A stretch of DNA of 64,000 bases. Source: Lysobacterales bacterium (GTDB lineage: Bacteria; Pseudomonadota; Gammaproteobacteria; Xanthomonadales; Xanthomonadaceae). The notes below the pieces were generated by a model. It was given only the letters and a program-made list of their open reading frames with translations. It was not told the origin of the DNA and did no database searches. The position numbers and the translations under genes are program-made. Positions 9,838 through 16,576 of this stretch are shown here, in pieces. Position 1 is the stretch's first letter. The number at the start of each line of letters is the position of its first letter. Location of the stretch: positions 84,159 through 148,158 of the forward strand of contig JAFLDZ010000005.1 of NCBI GenBank assembly GCA_017302135.1, written 5' to 3'.

Positions 9838-9917
9838 ATTGCGTCATCGCAGCTTGCGACGAGCGTATGGCGGAGCAGTTCAGATACGTCGATGCCTAAC
9901 CGACGATCCGTGAAGAC

Positions 9918-11723
9918 TTACCGATCCCCACCCGCAAACCCACCCCCGCGCGGACCACGATTGCCGCCGGGTTTCGGACCACCGGGACGCGGGCCTCCGG
10001 GACGTGGACCGTTCGGACGCGGGCCGCTGGGACGCGCGCCGGCCGGACGCGGGCCACGCGGGCGATCGAAGGCGTTGAAGCTGCTGGGATTGGCGTGGTC
10101 CGAGGGGAAGCTCGGCGCATTGCCGGGATGGCCGTACGGTTTGCCCGCGCGTGCGGGCTTCGGGCCTTGGCCGGGACCGCGCGGGCCACGGTCGTCGTTG
10201 AAACCCGAGCCGGCCGGACGATCGCCGTACGGACGCTTCGGACGCGCGCCGCCGGGGCCACCCGGGCCGCGGTTTTCGCCCGCGAAACCGGCACCTGCCG
10301 GACGGTCGCCGTAGGGGCGTTTCGGGCGTGCGCCTGGGCCACCCGGGCCGCCGGGACCACGCTGCTCGCCGGCACCCGCCGGACGGTCGCCATACGGACG
10401 CTTCGGACGCGGACCACCGGGGCCACGATTTTCGCCTGCATAACCGGCGGCCGGACGATCGCCGTACGGACGGTTGCCTGCCGGGCGCGGGCCGCCGGGC
10501 TTGTTGCCGTAAGGCTTGCGCGGAGCACCAGGATCGGCGTTGCGATGGCCGGTCGGGCCGGTGCTGACGCCTTCGGGCACGAACCAACTGCGGAACGCGG
10601 CGGGATTGCCCTCGGGCAACGGCTTCGGGCCGTTGTCGCGACGCTGTTTGAACGGCTTGTTCTGCGATTGACGGGCGGCGGATTCGCCGCTGACGGTCAG
10701 ATCGCCGCGCTTCTTCTTGTTGCCGAAACGGCCGCGATCTTCGCGGACATTGTCGAAGCGGCGCAGTTCGCGGCCTTCATCGGCGGTGTTGTGGCCGTTG
10801 ACGTAGGCCTGGCTGCTGCGGCCTTCGCGGCCGACGTGTACGGTCGACTTCGCGGCTTTGCGCTGGCCGATCACCGGCTGCAGCGTGAGCGCCGGCGGCG
10901 GACCTTCTTCCAGATTGAGTTTCTTGCGCAGCGTGTCGACCTGGGCGGCGGGCAGTTCCTGGCTCTGGCTGCGCAGCAACTGCTGCGGCAGCGAGACATC
11001 GCCATAACGCACGCGCTTCAAGCGGCTGACCTGGCAGCCCTGCGATTCCCACAGCCGGCGCACTTCGCGGTTGCGGCCTTCGCTGAGGCTGACCTGGAAC
11101 CATTCGTTGGAATCGGTGCCGCCGATGCGTTCGATCTTGTCGAATTTCGCCGGGCCGTCTTCCAGTGCCACGCCGCGACGCAGGCGGTCGACGAGCTTGT
11201 CGGAGACCGTGTCTTCGCCTTCGGGCGCGCGCACGCGGCAGACGTATTCGCGTTCTATCTCGAACGACGGATGCATCATCGCGTTGGCCAGTTCGCCGTC
11301 GGTGGTGAGCAGCAGCAGGCCGGTGGTGTTGATGTCGAGGCGGCCGATCGCGATCCAGCGCGCGCCCTTGAGCACCGGCAGCGCTTCGAAGATGGTCGGA
11401 CGGCCTTCGGGGTCTTCGCGGGTGGTCACTTCGCCTTCGGGCTTGTTGTACATCAGCACGCGCGCCGGTTCGGTCAGCGCGCTGGCGACGAAGGTCTTGC
11501 CGTCGATCTCGATGCGATCGCCGCCCTTGACGCTCATGCCGGTCTGGGCGACTTCGCCGTTGACCTTGACCATGCCTTCGGCGATGCGCTGCTCCAGCGC
11601 GCGGCGCGAGCCGAGCCCGGCCTGGGCCAGGACCTTGTGCAGGCGTTCTTCGAGGCGCGGGGCTTCGGCGGGGGCGTCCTTCTCGCGTTTGAGCGAAAGG
11701 GTCGAGGGGCGTTTTTCTGTCAT
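9918..11723 (-). CDS. rluB: 23S rRNA pseudouridine synthase RluB with a long Gly/Pro/Arg-rich C-terminal tail
   Basis: Track ORF 9918..11996 trimmed to MTEKRPSTLSLKREK (ATG 11723, 1 nt after the scpB stop). S4 domain ERLHKVLAQAGLGSRRALEQRIAEGMVKVNG; catalytic region IAIGRLDINTTGLLLLTTDGELA; REYVCRV. Confidence 0.9.
   Translation of the reverse strand: MTEKRPSTLSLKREKDAPAEAPRLEERLHKVLAQAGLGSRRALEQRIAEGMVKVNGEVAQTGMSVKGGDRIEIDGKTFVASALTEPARVLMYNKPEGEVTTREDPEGRPTIFEALPVLKGARWIAIGRLDINTTGLLLLTTDGELANAMMHPSFEIEREYVCRVRAPEGEDTVSDKLVDRLRRGVALEDGPAKFDKIERIGGTDSNEWFQVSLSEGRNREVRRLWESQGCQVSRLKRVRYGDVSLPQQLLRSQSQELPAAQVDTLRKKLNLEEGPPPALTLQPVIGQRKAAKSTVHVGREGRSSQAYVNGHNTADEGRELRRFDNVREDRGRFGNKKKRGDLTVSGESAARQSQNKPFKQRRDNGPKPLPEGNPAAFRSWFVPEGVSTGPTGHRNADPGAPRKPYGNKPGGPRPAGNRPYGDRPAAGYAGENRGPGGPRPKRPYGDRPAGAGEQRGPGGPGGPGARPKRPYGDRPAGAGFAGENRGPGGPGGARPKRPYGDRPAGSGFNDDRGPRGPGQGPKPARAGKPYGHPGNAPSFPSDHANPSSFNAFDRPRGPRPAGARPSGPRPNGPRPGGPRPGGPKPGGNRGPRGGGFAGGDR
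10200..10480 (-). repeat. Intragenic tandem repeats in the rluB tail (4 copies of (R)PYGDRPAG..GENRGPGGPGG)
   Basis: The nucleotide unit ccggacg(a/g)tcgcc(g/a)ta(c/g)gg(a/g)cg recurs near 10213, 10293, 10379 and 10451. The protein reads NRPYGDRPAAGYAGENRGPGGP / RPKRPYGDRPAGAGEQRGPGGPGG / RPKRPYGDRPAGAGFAGENRGPGGPGG / RPKRPYGDRPAGSGF. Confidence 0.85.
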
Positions 11724-11724
11724 G

Positions 11725-12558
11725 TCAGGCTCCGGTGCTGTCGTCGTCGTCGACGAGGGCGGTATGGGTGTCGTCGGACGCCGGTATGGCGTCGTCGTTT
11801 CGGGGTTCGTGGGCGATGGCGGTGTCGTTGCCATCATCGGGAGTGTCTTGATCGTTGTTGTCTTGATTGCCGTCTTCGTTGCTTGCTTCAGTGCTGTCTT
11901 CGGTGCTGTGCGGATCGGCGTCGTCTTCGTCGCTCGCAGCGTCGTGTTCGGCGTCATCGCTGATGCCGGCGACGATGGGAGCGGGCTTCGGCGCATCCGG
12001 GTCGACGAACGACAGCTGCGGGTCGAGTTCGCCGAAATCCTTGAGTTCCGACAGCGGCGGCAGTTGGTCGAGGCTCTTCAGGCCGAAGTAGTCCAGGAAG
12101 CCACGGGTGGTGCCCAGCAGTTCGGGCCGTCCCGGCACGTCGCGATGGCCGATGACCCGGATCCACTCGCGTTCTTCCAGCGCTTTGATGATGTTGCTGC
12201 TCACCGCCACGCCGCGGACCTGTTCGATCTCGCCGCGGGTGATCGGCTGGCGGTAGGCGATGATCGCCAGCGTTTCCAGGGTGGCGCGGGTGTATTTGGT
12301 CTGGCGCTCGGTCCACAGCCGGGCGACCCAGGCGTGGACGTCGGCCTGCACCTGGAAGCGGTAGCCGGACGCGGTTTCGGCCAGTTCGATGCCGCGGCCT
12401 TCGCAGGCGGCGCGCAGATCGGTCAGCGCCTGTTCGATGCTGCCTTCCGGCGCGGGCTCGTCGAGGGTGAACAGGCCGCGCATCTGGACGATGGTCAGCG
12501 GCTGGTTGGCCGCGAGCAGGGCGGCTTCGACGATGCGGGTGATGAAGAATTGATCCAT
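11725..12558 (-). CDS. scpB: Segregation and condensation protein B (ScpB) with a roughly 90-aa acidic C-terminal tail
   Basis: 277-aa ORF: IVEAALLAANQPLTIVQM..., ETLAIIAYRQPITRGEIEQVRGV, GHRDVPGRPELLGTT..FLDYFGL. The tail is rich in D/E/N (SDEDDADPHSTEDSTEASNEDGNQDNNDQD...). Confidence 0.9.
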   Translation of the reverse strand: MDQFFITRIVEAALLAANQPLTIVQMRGLFTLDEPAPEGSIEQALTDLRAACEGRGIELAETASGYRFQVQADVHAWVARLWTERQTKYTRATLETLAIIAYRQPITRGEIEQVRGVAVSSNIIKALEEREWIRVIGHRDVPGRPELLGTTRGFLDYFGLKSLDQLPPLSELKDFGELDPQLSFVDPDAPKPAPIVAGISDDAEHDAASDEDDADPHSTEDSTEASNEDGNQDNNDQDTPDDGNDTAIAHEPRNDDAIPASDDTHTALVDDDDSTGA

Positions 12559-12633
12559 GGGTACCGGGTCGTGATCGGTCGGTTTACCGTCAATGCCGAT
12601 GACGCAGGCAAGACGGGCAGAGTCGGGTGCGGG

Positions 12634-13623
12634 TCATGCTGGGGTCTCGTCGTTCGTGGCAGACGGCGCTGCGGGTTCGATGCTGTCGTCGTCGAACTCG
12701 CTGCTGAACTCGGCGACGAGCGCGTCGCTGCCTGCGCCAACCGCCAGCGACTTCAGGTAGATCGGCGCGAGCGCTCCTTCCTGGACGATATCGAGCAGTT
12801 GTTCCTTCGCCAGTTCGAGGATCGACAGGAAGGTCACCACCACACCCAGCTTGCCCTCGCGCGGCTCGAACAGCGACTCGAAGCGGTGGAAGCTGCCGTC
12901 ACCGAGACGGGTCAGCACGTCGGTCATGCGCTGGCGCACGCTCAGCGCTTCGCGTTTGATCGAATGCCCGGTAAACAGCTCCGCGCGCTTGAGCACATCG
13001 TGCAGGGCCAGCAGCATTTCCTTCAGCTGCACCGGCGGAGGCAGTTTGACGCTGGCGCGTTCGGGAAGGAAAGCGGCGGCCGGTGAAGTGTCGCGCTCCA
13101 TCCGCGGCAGGGCGTCGATGTCTTCGGCCGCCTGTTTGAAGCGTTCGTAATCCTGCAGCCGGCGGACCAGGTCGGCGCGCGGGTCGTGCTCGTCGCCTTC
13201 TTCGCTGGGCGGGCGCGGCAGCAGCATCCGCGATTTGATTTCAGCCAGAATTGCGGCCATGACCAGATATTCGGCGGCCAGTTCGAAGCGCATCTGATGC
13301 ATGGCGCCGATGTACTCGACGTACTGTTTGGTGATCTCGGCGACCGGAATATCGAGGATGTCGAGGTTCTGGCGGCGGATCAGGTAGAGCAGCAGATCGA
13401 GCGGGCCTTCGAAGGCTTCGAGGATGACTTCCAGCGCGTCGGGTGGAATGTAGAGGTCTTGCGGGATCTGCAGCACCGGTTGCCCCAGCACGGTCGCCAG
13501 GCGCATCTCATGCTGTTGCGGGGCATGCGATTGGGAGGCATGCGGCTGCGAAGCATCCGGCGACGCAGGCGCGACGGCCGTATCGACCGGAACGGTCGCG
13601 TCGGGCGCGGTTTCAGTGCTCAT
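12634..13623 (-). CDS. scpA: Segregation and condensation protein A (ScpA)
   Basis: 329-aa ORF: FEGPLDLLLYLIRRQNLDILDIPVAEITKQY..., LAAEYLVMAAILAEIKSRMLLP. The real start may be the internal Met at MRLATVLGQP, so the first roughly 39 aa are uncertain. Confidence 0.9.
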   Translation of the reverse strand: MSTETAPDATVPVDTAVAPASPDASQPHASQSHAPQQHEMRLATVLGQPVLQIPQDLYIPPDALEVILEAFEGPLDLLLYLIRRQNLDILDIPVAEITKQYVEYIGAMHQMRFELAAEYLVMAAILAEIKSRMLLPRPPSEEGDEHDPRADLVRRLQDYERFKQAAEDIDALPRMERDTSPAAAFLPERASVKLPPPVQLKEMLLALHDVLKRAELFTGHSIKREALSVRQRMTDVLTRLGDGSFHRFESLFEPREGKLGVVVTFLSILELAKEQLLDIVQEGALAPIYLKSLAVGAGSDALVAEFSSEFDDDSIEPAAPSATNDETPA

Positions 13624-14190
13624 GCAGCGACAGGGTCATGACAACGTGGGCATTCGGGGCAACGGAGGCGGTCGACGGCGGGTGCGGCGGTCGGAGGGTG
13701 GCGTGCCCCGGCCGGTCTCTGTGGACCGATCCGGGCGTCACGTCGCCGGAGGTACCCAGGGGAGCGGCGGACCGCGGGCCGGGTGAGCAACGGCTCAGAT
13801 GGAACGATCAAACATGCATGGCCCGTTTGGACGGGCGCGGACCATGCCGGGCGGAACACGCTGGACAGAACATGCGAGGCGGAGCATGCGAGGTCAACTC
13901 AAGGCAACGACAACATCGTCGAATTCATCCCATGCCAATGGCCGGATGATGCGAGTGGAGAGTCCTTGGGTCAGGGCCGGGTGGGGGCGGCGGGTCGAAC
14001 GCGGATGCTGTCTCTGCAGATCCTGCGCGGATTCGACGGGTCGCCGCAGCCGGCCTCGAAACGATGCGGTGCCAAGAGTACGGGCTGGGCGCGCCGCTGT
14101 CCAGCCGAGCGGCGCGAGGGCAGGGACCGCAGCGATCCACTATCCTTCATCGGCTGCAGCATGACCGATCCGGACGGGAGAGACTCACAC

Positions 14191-14490
14191 ATGTGGTACG
14201 CCATCGAGGGCTACGACGCCCCGCAGTCGCTGGAACAGCGGGTCCAGGCCCGCCCTGCCCATCTGGCCCGCCTCGTCGCGTTGAAGGACGCCGGCCGCCT
14301 GCTGCTGGCCGGTCCTTGCCCGGCGATCGATGCCGAAGACCCGGGTCCTGCCGGATTCAGCGGCAGCATCGTGATCGCCGAATTCGACTCGCTCGCCGCC
14401 GCCCGCGCCTGGGCCGATGCCGACCCTTATGTCGATGCCGGCGTTTATCTCCGTGTCGAAGTCAGGCCGTTCCGGGCGGTACTGCCGTGA
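14191..14490 (+). CDS. YciI family protein
   Basis: C-terminal 99 aa of track ORF 13783..14490, starting at [28 protein letters not shown]...[33 protein letters not shown] lies 8-14 nt upstream of ATG 14191. GC3 of the upstream extension is visibly lower. Confidence 0.85.
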   Translation: MWYAIEGYDAPQSLEQRVQARPAHLARLVALKDAGRLLLAGPCPAIDAEDPGPAGFSGSIVIAEFDSLAAARAWADADPYVDAGVYLRVEVRPFRAVLP

Positions 14491-14792
14491 GCACGATCCC
14501 CGGGCAATTGCCGCGCGAACAGCGGGTGGAAGCGATCCGCAGCCGATTGCAGGCTGCGTTCACGCCGACCGAACTCGAAGTCATCGACGACAGTCACCGC
14601 CATGTCGGTCACGAAGGCGCAAAAGATGGTCGTGGCCACTACCGCGTGCGGGTAGTCAGCGCAATCTTCGCCGGGATGACCCCGGTCGCGCGGCACCGGG
14701 CGGTTTACGCGGCGCTGGACGACCTGATGCAGACGGACATCCATGCGCTGTCGATTCAAGCACTGCCTGAAACCCTTCAAGCCGCTCGCTGA
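14487..14792 (+). CDS. BolA family protein
   Basis: The GTG at 14487 overlaps the yciI TGA (GTGA). Sequence [43 protein letters not shown]...[35 protein letters not shown] is a typical BolA fold signature. Confidence 0.85.
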   Translation: MSTIPGQLPREQRVEAIRSRLQAAFTPTELEVIDDSHRHVGHEGAKDGRGHYRVRVVSAIFAGMTPVARHRAVYAALDDLMQTDIHALSIQALPETLQAAR

Positions 14793-14835
14793 CGCACTGT
14801 CGATCGCACAGCCTCAGCGCGATCGATGAGCCGGT

Positions 14836-15330
14836 TCAGGGCGCCTGATCGTCGGGCATCATCAGCACCAGTGATGTGCAGCCTTTGGCCGCACATCCCC
14901 AACTGCGGGTCTTGTCGCCCGATTCCCAGGTGGCGGTCGCCGCCGCATTGATCCGGAACACCCAGTTCAGCCCCTCCGCCTGCAACTGGCCTTCGATCGT
15001 GCAGGGCAGGTCGTAGAACTGCGCATAGCGCTGCGGCGCTTCCTGCTCGGTGTATTCGCGACTGAGGGCGAAGAAGCGGGCGACCTGGGTCTTATCGAGT
15101 TTCCAATCGGTGCAGGCTTGCCTCAGGCTGACGTCCTCGCGTCGTCCGTCGGTGGGCGGCTCGTAGCGTGCTGCGCCGACCCGGGTCACGACGATGCCTG
15201 CTTCGGGCCTAACGCTGGTGTGGGGCGGGCTGCACGCTTGGAGCATCCACGACAGGAGCAGGAGGCTGCCACAGGCCACCACCTTCGCCGGGCGTCTTGT
15301 AGGAAATCTTGTCGTGCTGGTAGACATCAT
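14836..15330 (-). CDS. Cys-rich putative lipoprotein of unknown family (candidate immunity protein)
   Basis: Track ORF 14836..15363. The likely start is the ATG-ATG at 15330/15327, giving MMSTSTTRFPTRRPAKVVACGSLLLLSWMLQAC: a positive n-region, a hydrophobic core and an L-Q-A-C lipobox. The mature part has 5 further Cys. The start is uncertain; GTG at 15282 is an alternative. It overlaps the 3' end of the amidase gene. Confidence 0.6.
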   Translation of the reverse strand: MMSTSTTRFPTRRPAKVVACGSLLLLSWMLQACSPPHTSVRPEAGIVVTRVGAARYEPPTDGRREDVSLRQACTDWKLDKTQVARFFALSREYTEQEAPQRYAQFYDLPCTIEGQLQAEGLNWVFRINAAATATWESGDKTRSWGCAAKGCTSLVLMMPDDQAP

Positions 15331-16132
15331 TGTTTTCGAGCCCGTAAGTGGTTTGGAGCACACCGACCAGTTTGGCGATGGAGGCCTGCTGCTCCGGCGT
15401 GGGGGCGTCCCAGGTCTTGGTCGCTTCGTTGTAGCGGCCGACCACTTCGATGCCGACGCTGTCCTTGTTCATCGGAAAACGATCGGGGTAGTCCTTGGCT
15501 GCCTCGTGCTCATGCAGTTTCCCCGGCGCCCAACCCATGTCCTTGATGGTCTTGGCCTCTTCCGGCGTGCAGGTGCCTTCCTCCATGCAACGCGATTTGA
15601 TCTTGCCGACGTGCTGGGTCTTTTCGTCGAGGCTGGCGGTCTGATAGATCGTGCCGTCCTTGTCGATCAGGAAATGCGTGCCGGTTCCGCTCTTGAAGGC
15701 ATCGAGCGCGCTTTGCGCACTGGCACCCTCGGTGCGGTGCAGCACGACCGCATTGATCTGCGCGAGTTCGCCTTTTTCCAGCGCCGAGATCGTGTTCCGG
15801 GTGATCGCCGGATCGGTCAGGTAGCCGTCCTTGTCGACCGCCGGTGTCGGCGGCGGTACCGGCGTATCGCGCACCGTACTCTCGACATGCTTGGAGAACA
15901 TCGGCTCCTGGTCGCTGTTGGGCTTGTAGATCGCGAAGATCCTGGCGTCGTCGGCAGCCTGACCGGTGACGACGACCTGATCGACCCGTTTCATGACCGG
16001 ATCGTTGCTGACTTCCTTGAACAGGTGGTCGGCGATGTTCTTGCTCTGCTCGGGCGTCCAGCGCCCAGCGTCCTGAACGCCTTGCATGATCGCGGTATAT
16101 CGGGGGTCCTGCTGATCGGTGGGGTCGCCCAT
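15209..16132 (-). CDS. N-acetylmuramoyl-L-alanine amidase (Amidase_2/PGRP fold) with an N-terminal XVIPCD-like module and no signal peptide
   Basis: 307-aa ORF with AAGGA 8 nt upstream of ATG 16132. Amidase_2 pattern: INAVVLHRTEG...SALDAF...THFLIDKDGTIYQTASLDEKTQHVG...SVGIEVVG...PTPEQQASIAKLVGVLQTTYGL..VYQHDKISYKTPGEG. N-terminal residues about 9-95 (DPRYTAIMQGVQDAGRWTPEQSKNIADHLF...MKRVDQVVVTG...ARIFAIYKP...FSKHVESTVRDTP) resemble the XVIPCD consensus as I recall it. Confidence 0.8.
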   Translation of the reverse strand: MGDPTDQQDPRYTAIMQGVQDAGRWTPEQSKNIADHLFKEVSNDPVMKRVDQVVVTGQAADDARIFAIYKPNSDQEPMFSKHVESTVRDTPVPPPTPAVDKDGYLTDPAITRNTISALEKGELAQINAVVLHRTEGASAQSALDAFKSGTGTHFLIDKDGTIYQTASLDEKTQHVGKIKSRCMEEGTCTPEEAKTIKDMGWAPGKLHEHEAAKDYPDRFPMNKDSVGIEVVGRYNEATKTWDAPTPEQQASIAKLVGVLQTTYGLENNDVYQHDKISYKTPGEGGGLWQPPAPVVDAPSVQPAPHQR

Positions 16133-16508
16133 GGGTAGCTTTCCTTACTCGTCATCATGACGTTGAAGAGTGAAGTAACACGCGGGCCCTGCTGTTACAA
16201 GATTCGAGCGATGCGGCATCGGTGTGCCGGGATGCCTGCCCCACTCGTGGCCGGATCAATCCCGGGGTGTGATGCCGCAATGATTGCGAGAGCAAACGGT
16301 CGCTCTGCGCGCGGTGACTTTTTTGCGGTTGCCGATGCGCATCGGGTTGTACGACGACTTCCAGACGAGCAACCGGATTGCTGCGGCGCAGCATGATCCA
16401 GGCCGTTGAGGCGCTTTCTCGACCTGGATTATTTGTTTGAATTTCAATCGGTTGAGCGAGCTTTCGGGTCTGAAGCAGGATTCGTCACAAAACCTTTACA
16501 TCTTTTTC

Positions 16509-16522
16509 TGAAAACGGTTACA
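16509..16522. promoter_or_regulatory. LacI-type operator copy 1 (TGAAAACGGTTACA), upstream of the LacI-family gene
   Basis: 14-bp imperfect palindrome 55 nt upstream of ATG 16577. Near-identical copies lie at 17654 and 30089. Confidence 0.6.
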
Positions 16523-16576
16523 TTGCCCCGGCGCGATCCGTTCCCCCACCTGATTCAAGGCGATGGCTCCGAGGCG

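Noticed and set aside
10200-10480. Regularly spaced repeats, here and at 39137-39781, considered as possible CRISPR arrays
   Set aside because: Both are in-frame coding repeats inside rluB and the DUF3011-like gene. Repeat units are about 80-170 nt and the 'spacers' are homologous to each other. No cas genes are present.
14020-14045. ggattcgacggg, reminiscent of the tmRNA 5' region (GGAUUCGACGGG)
   Set aside because: No tag-peptide reading frame (no ...ANDxNYA...AA-stop), no tRNA-like 3' end or CCA-proximal T-arm nearby, and the surrounding sequence does not match tmRNA pseudoknot organisation.
13783-14190. 136-codon upstream extension of yciI (GTG start at 13783)
   Set aside because: YciI proteins are about 100 aa. 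The extension has visibly lower GC3 (many A/T-ending codons by hand count), no motif, and a good SD/ATG at 14191.
16155-16447. Mirror-image 79-aa ORFs (16155-16394 minus, 16157-16396 plus) and a 63-aa ORF (16256-16447 minus) in the low-GC spacer; possible transposase or integrase remnant
   Set aside because: No recognisable motif in any frame, no inverted terminal repeats or target duplications, and the overlapping opposite-strand ORFs of equal length are typical of chance frames.
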